From: Octopus sinensis
Taxonomy: Eukaryota
Length of the DNA: 64,000 nt
Assembly (NCBI RefSeq): GCF_006345805.1
Contig: NC_043016.1
Coordinates: forward strand, 11,594,001 to 11,658,000
Direction: 5' to 3'
Made by a program: the position numbers and the translations under genes. The notes below the pieces were generated by a model, which saw nothing but the letters and a program-made list of their open reading frames with translations, did not search any database and was not told where the DNA came from. This document shows positions 24,562 to 37,641 of the stretch, in pieces (the stretch's first letter is position 1; every line of letters begins with the position of its first letter).

Positions 24562-25026
24562 TTTTTAAACATTCATTATAATAATTCCAGTAAACAAACG
24601 GAAGTAAAAATCACAAACGATTTTTAATTTTTGTTATTTTTTTTTTTATTTTACCAATTTAAAACCAAAAGCACCATAAAACCAAATTTTTGTTTGGCAA
24701 CATTTACAGGTGAATAAATGAAGAACGAATGAACATTTTGAAAAGATATATTTATGAATGTGCATATACACCGAAAATGAATGGAAAAGGTGATAATTCA
24801 GCAATTGGATATGTATCATTATCCCATTTTTTGTTTTTTTTGCTGCTTTTGTTTTTGTTTTTTAACTTTTAATTGAACAAAGACTAAACAACTGATTGTC
24901 AACAGCATAAAGATTTAATGGATCTTTCTGTGATTAAAAGCAGTCATTAAAACCTGAAGGGAAAATTGATTATTCAATGTATTATTTTGTTAAAAATTAT
25001 TCTTCGCAGTGTTTCTCTGTGTGTGT

Positions 25027-25043
25027 GTATGTTAATATATATG

Positions 25044-25112
<69 letters not shown>

Positions 25113-25167
25113 ATATATGTATGTATGTATGTATGTATATATATATGTATATATATATGTATGTATG

Positions 25168-25200
<33 letters not shown>

Positions 25201-25363
25201 ATATATATGTATATATATATATGTATGTATGTATATATATATGTATATATATATGTATGTATGTATATATATATGTATATATATATGTATGTATGTATAT
25301 ATATATGTATGTATGTATATATATATGTATGTATATATATATGTATATATATATGTATGTATG

Positions 25364-25394
<31 letters not shown>

Positions 25395-25430
25395 ATATAT
25401 ATATGTATGTATGTATATATATATGTATAA

Positions 25431-25473
<43 letters not shown>
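25027..25473. repeat. (TA)n/(TATG)n compound microsatellite
   Basis: Direct inspection. Confidence 0.95.
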
Positions 25474-25477
<4 letters not shown>

Positions 25478-25679
25478 TGACATCTACATATGTACTTATA
25501 CATACATATACATATGTAAATACTTACGTACACATATATGCTTTATATAAATATATAGACACTTTGATATTTGTAGATGTATATACTACATATATACATA
25601 AATTCGAAATGCACTAAACACTCTCATAACATAAACATTTATTGGATAACAAATACATTGTAATGATATTTTCACTTGC

Positions 25680-25858
25680 TCTCCTTATTTTCTCTCTCTC
25701 TCTCTCTTTCTCCATTCTCCCTCTCTCTCTCTCTTTCTTTCTTTCTTCTTCCTCTCTCTCTTTCTCTCTCTCTGTTCTTCACTCTGTCTGTTTTTTCTCT
25801 GTTTCTCTCCTGTCTGTGTCTCTCCTCCCTCTCCCCCTCTTCCTCCTGTTTGAGTCCC

Positions 25859-25925
<67 letters not shown>
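25680..25925. repeat. (CT)n-rich polypyrimidine tract
   Basis: Direct inspection; a similar tract lies at 31880-32060. Confidence 0.9.
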
Positions 25926-25926
<1 letters not shown>

Positions 25927-26482
25927 AATTGCAGTATACATAAAATTATCACCTTTCCACACCTTCATTCCACCCCACCCCCTCTCGCTTCCTCATTCTC
26001 CAATTTTTACCATTATTGAACTTACGCTCATACATCTAATGTCCACGTGCCTGATGATTTTCTTTTTTTGTTTTTTTTTTGTGTAATACTATGGTAAATA
26101 AATAAAAGCTTTTAGAAATAACCATGGAAATAAATGTCATGTAAATAAATATACAACCGTACCTCATCTTACATCAATAATTCATTCCAAGATGTGACTT
26201 AACTACAAAAAACAATGCAATGTTTTTAAAAATTCATCAATTTATATCCATTTTAATAAATGATTTGTGCATGTTTTCACATGAATATTATTCGGTTTCT
26301 CACACTTTACTATTAGAGTTTTAAATGTTCTTTTAGTTATGAATGCTTTTAAATGTGTTTGCTGAGATCAAACATAAAAGTTGGGATAAATTGACTGATG
26401 TTGTGGTTCATTTTAAAGAAAATAGGAATACTAAGCCGAATAAGGCAAAACTCAAAATGGCGCAAGTTGAAGTATGTTTGTA

Positions 26483-26892
26483 TACTCTTTTACTCTTTTA
26501 CTTGTTTCAGTCATTTGACTGCGGCCATGCTGGAGCACCGCCTCTAATCGAGCAACTCGACCCCGGGACTTATTCTTTTGTAAGCCCAGTACTTTTTATC
26601 TACGGTCTCTTTTGCCGAACCGCTAAGTGACGGGGACATAAACACACCAGCATTGGTTGTCAAGCAATGCTAGGGGGACAAACACAGACACACAAACATA
26701 CCCGCACATATATATATATATATACATATATATGATGGGCTTCTTTCAGTTTCCGTCTACCAAATCCACTCACAAGGCTTTGGTCAGCCGAGGCTATAGT
26801 AGAAGACACTGCCCAAGGTGCCACGCAGTGGGACTGAACCGGAAACATGTGGTTGGTTAACAAGCTACTTACCACACAGCCACTCCTGCACC
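26483..26892 (-). mobile_element. SINE family A
   Basis: Full head-to-tail match to the family. Confidence 0.85.
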
Positions 26893-27046
26893 TATATATA
26901 TATTTTACAATGAGAAAAAGGAGGAAATTATTAATATTCCAGATACAGGTTATTTTTTTTTTCAAGACTGAGAGAGGAGATTTCTCAGAAAGAAGCAAAA
27001 TTCCTTTGGTGTTTTATAAGATTCATGCATGAATATAATGTATGTA

Positions 27047-28212
27047 CAGGGGTTGGACAAAATAATGGCAACACCTTAAAATTTCAAACAAATTTATTTT
27101 AATATGGGGTAGTACTGCCTTTGGCAGTAATTAAAGCTTGAATTCTATGAGGTATGGACTCGTACAAAGTTTGAATTGTTTCCGAAAGAATTTTTGTCCA
27201 TTCTTCAGCTAAAACAGCCTCCAGTTCTTGTAGTGATGATGGTGGAGGATATCAACTCCTTACTTGCTTTTCTAAAATGCACCATAAATGTTCGATAATA
27301 TTGAGATCTGGGGACTGTGGTGGCCAAATAAGATGTTCAACTTCACTAGAATGTTCCTTGTGCCATTCAGTAACAACTTTGAAATATTGCGTTTCCCTCC
27401 GGAAACAGTTCCGCAATCATAGGATGAATTTGATGAGATAAAATGCTTAAATAGTCTTAACTATTAATTTTGCCATGAAGGGAAACCACTGAGGCGATGG
27501 ATTTCCAAGATATAGCCACCCAGATCATCATGGATCTTCCTCTATGTTTAACAGTTGGAAGAAGGCAGTTTGGGTCAAATGCTTCTTTTGGCTGTCTCTA
27601 CACATATACTCAGCCAGTGGTCAGAAATAGGGTAAAGGATGACTCGTGCGAGAAAATAACATTCTTTCACTGCTCTAGGGACCAATTCTGTAGGTTTTTA
27701 CTCCACTCTAAGCACTTTGCAACGTTTGTTTTTGAAAGTAGTGGTTTTCTGATTGCAATACTCCCATGAAATCTGGCTTTGTGCAGCTCCCAGCGAACAG
27801 TTTTTGTGGAAACTGAGTTTTCAAAGTGGTCATTAAGCTCTGCAGTAATTTTGGGATCTGTACTTTTCTTCCGGAATTTTGTTTTGATGAGATTTTTTCC
27901 CCCTTTCTCAAAGGCTGTCATTTCTTTCGAGACAATACTTCTTGATACACCAAACATTTCAGCTCATTTCATTATACACTAGCACCTGCCATATAAGCAC
28001 CAACAATTTGACCTCTTTCAAAGTCCGATAGATCTGTCATTTTAATGAATTTTAATTACCTTTTTCTAATGATATCTGAAAAGAAAGAGCAATTTTAGCA
28101 AAACATATTAAGCAACACTAATAATAAATCAAAAAACATAAAAATAAACAAGCTTTTGATGGTTTTATAGATATTTCAATATTATGATATTATGATGCTA
28201 GGTGTTTCCAAT
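27047..28212 (-). mobile_element. Tc1-family DNA transposon, decayed
   Basis: TA|CAGGGGTTGGACAAAATAATGGCAACACCT terminal repeat at left. Only the inner part of the opposite TIR survives (AGGTGTTTCCA, about 28200-28210). Confidence 0.85.
27099..28040 (-). pseudogene. Tc1 transposase pseudogene
   Basis: MTDLSDFERGQIVGA; AIRKPLLS; VIFSHES (first D lost); PTVKHRGRSMMIW; WPPQSPDLNIIEHLW; TTPY-stop. Multiple stops and deletions. Confidence 0.9.
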
Positions 28213-28976
28213 GGATGATGGCCAGAAATGTTGAACAAAAGCAGAGCATAAAAAATTGTAAACAGCAACAGATTTGAGGCATATGTTAGACAGCATAGGA
28301 GAGAGAGAGAGAGAGTATGTGTGTGTGTAGATAATAGTATGTATGCTTGGGTGAGGGCAAGATGGTGAAATAGGATGAGAGCCTCAAGAGAAGGAACTAA
28401 AAGTAACAGGTAAGAATTAGGGGAAACGTAAACTTGTTGTTGATGCCAAGGGGACAGGACATGCCTAGTTGGAAAATACAGCATTATTAACATAGCAGCT
28501 GTATGAAAGGTGATTCATGGAGTTGGAGTAAACTAAAGGCAGAAAAGTTGTGGTGGTGGTGGTGGTGGTGGTGGATGCGGCGTTGACGGCCTGTAGAATA
28601 GAAATGTCAAGTAACTGGTTTATGGAGCCCAGAGTGCTATAATCTATGTCAAAGCTTTCTGAAACAATCTGCTAAGTGTTAACCCATTTCACCTATGCAG
28701 TGCTGCCATTTGCGACTGTGTGTGTGTCTGTGTCTGTCTGTGAGTGAGTTTATAGAGATCATGTAGACTTTGGTCATTACCTCGTTAGCATACAGCATAC
28801 AATTGACTCGAGTTGAACAGACAAAGAAATATTAATAAATCAATAAATTTATCCAACAATGTATAAAATTCGCTTCATCCAGTTATAAAATTTGAAATAA
28901 TTTTGATGAGATGACAAAACTCCAGTTCCAATAGCAACATATGTTGCATATGTATGCATATGTTGCATATGCAATA

Positions 28977-29002
<26 letters not shown>

Positions 29003-29019
<17 letters not shown>

Positions 29020-29138
29020 GGTTTGCAAGCACCAGCAGGCCTTAGGATATACATTCGCGTCCACAGAACATGATTACCGTTTAATTTACTGAAACCTCAT
29101 TATCATTCACAACGAGAGGAATCATTGTGTGTGTGTAT

Positions 29139-29169
<31 letters not shown>

Positions 29170-29303
29170 GGTTTGCAAGCACCAGCAGGCCTTAGGATAT
29201 ACATTCGCGTCCACAGAACATGATTACCGTTTAATTTTACTGAAACCTCATTTATCATTCACAACGAGAGAATCCATTGTGTGTGTGTATAGTGTGTGTG
29301 TGT
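29003..29303. repeat. Two tandem copies of a ~150 bp unit bounded by microsatellites
   Basis: GGTTTGCAAGCACCAGCAGGCC...CATTGTGTGTGTGTATAG is repeated with a few small differences. Confidence 0.85.
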
Positions 29304-29504
29304 GTACCCTTGCCTTGACATCATGTGATAATTGTAAATGGAGATGGTTACCATACATGCTGTGTTGTTTGTTTTCGAGTCAGGATTGGCAACAGGAAGG
29401 GCATCCAGTTATAATAAATCTGCCTCGATGAATTTCTCTGACCGATGCAAGCACGGAAAATTGGACGTTAAAACTATGGTAGTGATGATCATAATAATAA
29501 TAAT

Positions 29505-29985
29505 AATCCTTTCTACTATAGAGCACAAGGCCTGAAATTTTGGGGGAGGATGCCAGTTGATTAGATCGATGCCAGTTTGCAACTGGTACTTATTTTATTG
29601 ATCCCCAAAAGGATGATAGGGTCGACTTTGGCGGAATTACTCAGAATGTAAAGACAGACAAAATACTGATAAGCATTTCACCTGGCATGCTAACAATTCT
29701 GCCAGTTACCCACCTTATATAATAATAATGATGGTATGCACTGCTCTCTCACTCAATAATAATAATTATTATTATTTCTTTATTGCCCACAAGGGACTAA
29801 ATATAGAAGGGACAAACAAGGACAGACAAAGGGATTAAGTTGATTACATCAATTCCAGTGCATAACTGGTACTTATTTAATCAACCCCAAAAGGATGAAA
29901 TGCAAAGTTGGCCTCGGCGGAATTTGAATTTAGAACGTAACGGCAGACAAAACACTGCTAATGATTCTGCCAGCTCACTGCCCTC
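29505..29985 (-). mobile_element. Two SINE B copies
   Basis: 29505-29715 and 29775-29985. Further B copies near 31360-31580, 52905-53100, 53500-53640, 54930-55190, 56437-56690 and 59222-59440. Confidence 0.7.
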
Positions 29986-30789
29986 ATAATAATAATAATA
30001 AGAATAATAATTATCATCATCATCATCATCGTTTAGCGTCCGTTTTCCATGCTATCATGGGTTGGACGGTTCTACTGGGGTCTGTGAAGCCAGAAGGCTT
30101 CATCAGGCCCAGTCAAATAATAATAACAATAATAATAACTAAAAGCCAAATCTGAACTATGAAAGCTTTTGTTTTATATTTCTTTCTTTAAAAAAAAATG
30201 GTTTGTTGGCAAATTAAGTGATGAAATAGGATAAAAGGAATTAGGTTAATTGTGCGTGTTTATACATATATGTATATATATATATATATCAATATCAACT
30301 TTATAATTCTATATGTTCTCTGTGTGCATGTGCATGAGTGCTTGTGAGGCAGAAAGATAAGAAATCATAGGACTTATAATCTGCAGTCATTATTCCTATC
30401 GGTACTGAACACTTCTGGATTTCTGTGTCCTTGCATGTGTTGCCATATGGTTGAAGCACTAAAATACACAAAGTAGGAACAGATTCAACAAGGCAATTCC
30501 TCGGTGAATATCAATTTTAGCTGTCACTGAACAAATGTAAATGTGATATTGCATTGCTATTATCTATGATAATAATCAAATTGACTTTGTGTGCTTGCAT
30601 AGATAGAGTTGTAGAATATATGTAAATTTTCTGTGAATTGAGTCAGTGGAGAGCTTATCGTTGATGGGGGTCATGAATGGTGACGTAGGGACTCTTACAA
30701 ACCTAGCTAACTTATTGATTGATCAAGTGATTAATCAAACATTTGATTAGTTAATTGGTTAAATGTTTAACCAATTGACAAAGGAAATC

Positions 30790-31150
30790 ATCATCATCAT
30801 CATCATCATCATTTAATGTCTGTTGTCTATGCTGGCATGGGTTGGATGGTTTGACATGGAGCTAGCCAAGCAGGGAGCTGTCCTGGCTCCGATTGTCTTT
30901 TGTGGTATGGTTTCTACAGCTGGATGCCCTTCCTAATGCCAATGTCTTCACAGAGTGTGCTGGGTACTTTTTACATGCCACCAGCATGGGGAGGCATTCA
31001 CACAATACCAGCAAAGGACAAGCTTCCATGTATGGAAGACCATAATTTTACTTAACTTGATACATCTTTTCAAGTACAGCAAATCACCACAAGTCCCGGC
31101 CCCTTGTCATTTCCTCATTAAAGCCCAGTGTCTGAAGATTTCCTCAGTCA
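30790..31150 (-). mobile_element. RTE 3' fragment including the ORF end (related subfamily)
   Basis: Minus strand LQTLGFNEEMTRGRDLW*FAVLEK, followed by the RTE terminal segment and (GAT)n. Confidence 0.65.
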
Positions 31151-32002
31151 GTCCAAACATACAAAGAAGTGAAATAGAACCAGTGCATGTTTATTATTGA
31201 CATAATGATTGTCCTAACATACATTAAAACATGTTTCAACACCGCATTTCACATCAAGAATCTTGCAAATCAAATACAAAAACAAAGTATATGGTTATTT
31301 CATTGCCTTTATTATCGCTAATTAATGATCATGCAAAAGGTGTACAGACCATACAATATATATTGGTTTCAAATTTTGGCACAAGGCCAGCAGTTTCAGG
31401 GGAAAGAAGTAATTCAATTACATCAATCCCAGTGTTCAACTGGTGCTTATTTTATTGGCCACGAGAAGGTGAAAGGTAAGGCTGACCCTCGTGGAATTTG
31501 AACTCGCAACATAAAGACAGATGAAATGCTGCTAAGCATTTTCCCCAGAATGCTAATGATGCTGTCTACCCATCACCACCCTATAATATTGTTCCTCTTG
31601 CAAGCTAATAAAGGAGCCTATCATACAACCTATTCAAAGCAGTAGCTAAATTTCCCTCAAATGAGGTCCCACTGCTCCATTATCATTGAAAAAGGAAACA
31701 TTGGCTGATAATGTTGTCTTGAGTTCCATGCACATGGGATGGTTGAAGCTGGATTGCCTTTGGTCACAGGGTTTGCTTCATGCGTGCAGACTCAATCAAT
31801 GTCAGTTGGGTTTCAGACGTTTTGGCACAGCCATTCTAGTATCGCTGATTCAACATTGACTTATTGACATCAGGCATTTTAATGTTTCTCTCATCCCCTC
31901 CCTCTTCTCTCTCTTTCTCTCTCTCTTTCTTTCTCACTCTCTCTCTCTCTCTCTCTCTCTCTCCGTCTCTCTCTCTTCTCCTCTCTCATCTCTCTCTCTC
32001 TC

Positions 32003-32040
<38 letters not shown>

Positions 32041-33005
32041 GCTCTCTCATCTCTCTGTATAACATACTCTCTTATGAGGAGAAAATGTGTTTATGTCAAT
32101 CATGTTCAATTATAGTCTCTCTGTCTGTCTGTCTGTCTCTCTCTGTCTGTCTGTCTCTCTCTGTCTGTCTGTCTGTCTCTTCCTCTCTGTATATATGTAT
32201 GTGCATGTTTCTGCATACTCGTGTGTGTGTGTACACGTGTGTGTACACGTGTGTGTACACGTGTGTGCACACACTCACCTTCAGCACCGAAAAGTATTGC
32301 CACCGAAACAGGCTGAAAATCCAGTCAGCTGTGCCAAATTGTTTCATTCAACTGTTAACATCATTTGCATTTCTTTCTAAATAACAGAATAGTAATTCCT
32401 ATGAATGTGATTTTATGAAAGAGGTAATGCTCTATGAGTTCCATGTACATGTATTAAGCATTTTTGAAAGCCCTCCATGCAATGAAAGTCATTTGAATGA
32501 AAATAATTCTAGAAAATACTTTTATTGAATTTTTTAAATGGTAGATATTTCATCTTTGGAAACAAGTTTTCCATATAACATATATCTCTCTTTTTACAAA
32601 TTTCAGTCATTTGACTGCGGCCATGGTGGAGCACCACCTTTAGTTGAACAAATCAACCCCAGGATTTATTCTTTGCAAGCCTAGTATTTATTGTATCGGT
32701 CTCTTTTGAGACCGACACAGACACAGGCACAAAAATAGATACCCATAAATATATATATATATATATATATACATACACACACAAGGGGATTCTTTCAGTT
32801 TCTGTCTACCAAATCTACTCACAAAGCTTTTGTCGGCCCAAGGCTATAGTAGAAGACACTTGCCCGATGTACTATGCAAATTAATTGAAAAAAACACAGA
32901 GCATCTCAACAGAAATATGGTAACATATGATGATGATGATACATGCCTTTACAATTTCTAGCCCTGACTATTATATCTTTTGTTGGTTGTTGTTGCTTGC
33001 CTTAA

Positions 33006-33226
33006 CCCTTTAGCATTTAAACCGGCTATATCCAGCCAAAAGTATTCTGCCTGTTTTATGTTCAAACTGGCCAGATCTGGTCTCTTACACCAGCCCTACA
33101 ATATCATTTTAAAAATTAACAGCTACCTCATTAAAATCTCATAGCTACAAGATAATGTACGATTAGTTCAAGGCAATGTGGATAAAAAAGCATTAATTTT
33201 GGCAGAATAATGCAAACACTAAAGGG
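33006..33226. mobile_element. piggyBac-like MITE, family 2 (best copy)
   Basis: TTAA|CCCTTTAG...CTAAAGGG|TTAA with an intact TTAA duplication. Another copy lies at 37283-37480. Confidence 0.8.
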
Positions 33227-34758
33227 TTAAATGATCTCATGATTAAGTAGGCCTGTAATCAAAGACATCACAGCTATGACCATCCCACTCTTTCTTTGTT
33301 GCTGTGTGTACCAGAGGATGAGAGTGGTCACCATTTCTCCTTACATGTCGGCTTTCTCTGATGGACATATAATATATAACTGGTTTGTTGCCTAACACTC
33401 CATTATATAATTTCACGTGAAACTGATTGGTAAGACCAGCTTTGATGGACAATTAACACTTTAAAATTCCAACTATATATATATATATATGATTAAATCA
33501 AGAATATAAATCCTTAGGGATGTCAGCATCCAAGTTCCCTGGTTTTATCCAGTGTGTCAGTGAAAAACCAAAGATGTTAGCTTAACATTGTTGAATATGG
33601 GTATACTATTTTTTATGGATGAGAAAAAGAGAACAGAGAAATTGACATATAGACATTAATTTATTCGAACATAATACAATTTTGAACAATATCAAACTCA
33701 GTGTCACCTACAATTGTTTCCATGCCCAATTAAATCAATTTGAGAAATTAAATTAAATTGAATTTCCATATCATTAAATAGCGTTAATTGGGTATTATAT
33801 CAAGGGAAGAATTTGATAGAGATGAGCTACAATCTCATGTACTGTTTCACCCTTGATAGACTTAGAAATGTGCGTTTCAGCACTAATGTATTTTAAAAAC
33901 TGTTACTTAGGTATATATAAATGCAAATTTGTTTAATGCATTTGTCTGTGTGCATGTGTAATGTATTGAAAAACAAAACAAAATATCCGTTAGCTTAAAC
34001 GATATTTCGATACAATTACTTTAAACTAGAAGCTAAAAAACATTATTCCTAATTTACACTATTACTTATGATAGATCAAAATATCATTAACAGTATTTAA
34101 TCACTTAAGAAATTTATTATAAGTCATTCAGTTGCAATCTAGAAATCGTAGTTAAATAATAGAATATCATTATTATTATTATTATTATTTTAAAAACCAT
34201 AATTACGTATATGTAATATTTTAATATTTTCATTATGTATTTGTGTGTGTGTGTGTGCGTGTGTATGTGTGTGTGTGTGTGTGTTGAAAGCTACAAGATA
34301 ATCACGAATCAAAACTGTTTACTAATTATGATAGCTGAATATTACATCATCAATATTGTGTGCAATATATTTGTTTATGTAATAATGTGAACAGATACAC
34401 ACAAGCTTAATTGAGGAAAGCACTAACATTAGCAAACGAAAATTAATGAAATTAATAAAAATTAAAACCATTATTGAATTAATATGTAATATCTTTAACC
34501 TTAGATTACCAATTATTTTTTAAAATATATTAATCACAGATTCCTAAGATACATTTTTAAAATATTAAAATCCTTTTAACCTTTATATAATATAGTTACC
34601 TATAAATAAAATGGTAAGTCAATATTTACCATTTATTTTATATTTTAATATTAATATGATATCTACTAAGAATTATCTAATCTTTATGGTTAAAATAGTT
34701 AGTATATTAATCCTGAGATACCACATAAATTTATAGTCCTGGTAACTTTTATATTGTA

Positions 34759-35157
34759 CTAGCAGTATCGCCCGGCGTTGCTCGGGTTTGTAAGGGAAAT
34801 AACTATATAAGCATTTTTAGAGATGTAAAGTATAATAGCCATCTCAATATGGCTAACCACAAAGAGGGTGGGGTGTTACTGTAGCTTTTTACGTTCTGAG
34901 ATTTAATAATAAATTTTTAGAGAGTTACTTCCCTTATATATGCCAAAAATGCATTAAAAATGGGAAAAATTGATGGTAAATTTTTTTTTAAATCGTAGAC
35001 TCATCGTAGACGCGCGCTAATACCCAGAAGGGCTCGATATGAATCACGACTATAAGATACCCAGTTTTGGTTAAACTGCACTGCAAAATGTGGGAGTAGT
35101 TAGGAATCTAAATCGTAGCAGACAGACAGCACACAACCTCACTTTTATATATAAAGA
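34759..35157 (-). mobile_element. Non-autonomous Helitron
   Basis: Minus strand A|TCTTTATATATAAAAG...CCCGAGCAACGCCGGG hairpin...GCTAG|T. This gives 5' TC, 3' CTAG, a subterminal hairpin and an A|T target with no TSD. Confidence 0.85.
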
Positions 35158-35164
35158 TATAATG

Positions 35165-35515
35165 GTAGCTTTTGAAAACATATTATAGGCATGAACACAG
35201 GATACCCCCCCTCCTCCTTGTGTTAAGGAGTCTATGTTAGGAATTTAAGATTTGATATAATTCTTCTATGCAAAGAAAACAAAAGGCATTGCCAATTTTA
35301 TAGACATTAGCTCTGCTTATTAATTCCCATTCCATAGTAAACATTTTGGTTTTGCTATTTATCTGTGTATCCATTTTCTTGTCAAAATGAAATGCCTTCC
35401 ATCTGAGTCTGTGGATGAATTCAGCTGTTTTATGAATTGGGTCCTCTATGTACTCCATTTTAGGTGGAATTGGAATGTCCTTGAGTAGAAATGTCTACTT
35501 CAGTTTGCTCCATTT
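35165..35515 (-). pseudogene. Penelope-like (Naiad-type) ORF remnant with N-terminus fused to C-terminus
   Basis: LLKDIPIPPKMEY..KTAEFIHRLRWKAFHF is joined in frame to WELISRANVYKIGNAFCFLCIEELYQIL. After a frameshift it continues LLNTR...CVH. The RT core is absent. Confidence 0.65.
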
Positions 35516-35944
35516 TATTGGTGGAAACTAATATTCATCTACTTCCGTAGTTGTTTAAATTTAATTAAATCAAGGATATAAATCAAGGATATGAATTAAG
35601 GATATAAAATCCACAAATGCATTTAACAAATTTACATTTACATAAATAACAGTTTTTAAAATACATTGGTTGTTGAAATGCACATTTCTAAGTTTATCAA
35701 TGGTCAAAGAATACATCAGAAGGTAGCTCCTTTCTATCAAATTCTTCTCTTGATGTAATACCCAATTAATGGTATTTGATACGGAAATTTAATATATTGT
35801 TTAGAATTGTATTATGTTCTAATAAATTGATGTTTATATGTCAATTTCTCCATTTTCTTTTTCTCATACATAAAAAATATATATAAAGGTGGTGTTCCAG
35901 CATGGCCGCAGTCAAATGACTGAAACAAGTAAAAATTAAAAAAA

Positions 35945-36116
35945 TAGGTGTAGGAGTGGCTGTGTGGTAAGTAGCTTGCTTACGAACCACATGCTTCCGC
36001 GTTCAGTCCCACTGTGTGGCACCTTGGGCAAGTGTCTACTACTATAGCCTTGGGCCGACCAAAGCCTTGTGAGTGGATTTGGTAGACGGAAACTGAGAGA
36101 AGCCCGTAGTATATAT

Positions 36117-36165
<49 letters not shown>

Positions 36166-36965
36166 GTGTGTATATATGTTTGTGTGTCTGTGTTGTCCCC
36201 CAAACATCGCTTGACAACCGATGCTGGTGTGTTTATGTCCCCGTCACTTAGCACTTCGGCAAAAAGTGACCGATAGAATAAGTACTGGGCTTACAAAGAA
36301 TAAGTGCTGGCGTCGATTTGCTCGACTAAAGGCGGTGCTCCAGCATGGCCACAGTCAAATGACTGAAACAAATAAAAGAGTAAAGAGTAAATATATAACG
36401 GGATTCTTTTAGTTTCCTTCTCCTAAATCCATTCGCATAGCTTTGTTTGGCCTGAGTTTATAGTAGAAAACACTTGCCCAAGATGCCATGCCATGGAATC
36501 AAACCCAAAACCACATGGTTTGGAACCACTTCTTAACTATACACCTATGCCTGTGCTGTTTTGTTTTACTCTTACTCTTACACTTGTTTCAGTCATTTGA
36601 CTGCGGCCATGCTGGAGCACCACTTTTAGTCGAGCAAATTGACCCCGGGACTTATTCTTTGTAAGCCCAGTACTTATTCTATCGGTCTCTTTTGCTGAAC
36701 CGCTAAGTGACGGGGACGTGAACACACCAGCATCGGTTGTCAAGCAATGCTAGGCGGACAAACACAGACACACAAACACATACACACACATACATATATA
36801 TATATATATACAACAGGCTTCTTTCAGTTTCCGTCTACCAAATCCACTCACAAGGAATTGGTCAGCCCGGGGCTATAGCAGAAGACACTTGCCCAAGATG
36901 CCACGCAGTGGGACTGAACCCAGAACCATGTGGTTGGTTAGCAAGCTACTTACCACACAGCCACT
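35945..36965. mobile_element. Inverted pair of SINE A copies (35945-36390 +, 36565-36965 -)
   Basis: Both near full length, tail-to-tail, about 175 bp apart. Confidence 0.85.
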
Positions 36966-37641
36966 TTTTTTTTGTTCTTTTTTTTTGTTAAAAATTTTAC
37001 ATTTCATTACATTTTGCATGGTTTCATTTATATCCATCATGACATATCTTATTAATTTCTAGATATGCACACACACACATTCTCTCTTACCTACTGAGCC
37101 ATTCATTTAATGCATATTAAAACATAAGTATTACATTTTTCAAGGCTAATAGTCCAAAAGAATTACAATGATATTGATGACTCATGTCAGACAGTTAAAC
37201 ATTTAAAATGTGTACATTTCTAAAAATAGAAAGCTAAAAAAATGTCTAGCGCACGTTGCAAATGAAAAGATTAAAATGACAGTTAACCCATTAACGTTAA
37301 AACCAGCCATATCTAGTGAAAATATCCTTCCTGTTTTATGTCCAGACTAATCAGATCCAGCCTCTTACACCTACCCTACAATGTCTTTTTAAAAATATAC
37401 AATCACATCCTTTAATTCTAAAACAATGTAAATAAAGAAGAATTACATTTGACAGAGAAATCTGAATGCTAAAGGATTAGACTGGATGATCATGGGAACA
37501 GCTCAAACAGGATTGACCTGGGGTTAAACAACAGCAAGATATTATGTTACAAGCCAATGCCAGACCCTCTAAGTGGTTACTCAACTTGCTAGACATAGCT
37601 GTCTGATGTTAAAATAATTCCTTACCATCTTAACCCTCTAG

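Larger units (their letters stand above)
33605..35880 (-). mobile_element. Internally deleted Penelope-like element with inverted terminal arms
   Basis: Arms 33605-33945 and 35613-35880 are diverged reverse complements. They enclose a PLE ORF remnant and a Helitron insertion. Confidence 0.55.

Noticed and set aside
24966-25617. Long Y/I/C/M/V-rich ORFs (also 46246-47465)
   Set aside because: They are translations of (TA)/(TG)/(TATG) microsatellites, which lack stop codons.
25642-26019. Ser/Leu-rich ORFs (also 31864-32115)
   Set aside because: They are translations of (CT)n tracts.
35165-35300. Selenocysteine recoding in the Naiad-like remnant
   Set aside because: The zinc-ligand Cys codons here are TGT/TGC; there is no in-frame TGA at those positions.
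36737-36991. Recurrent ORFs beginning MSSNAR.TNT or MTTDAGVF
   Set aside because: They recur only because they are read from SINE A copies; they are not a gene family.
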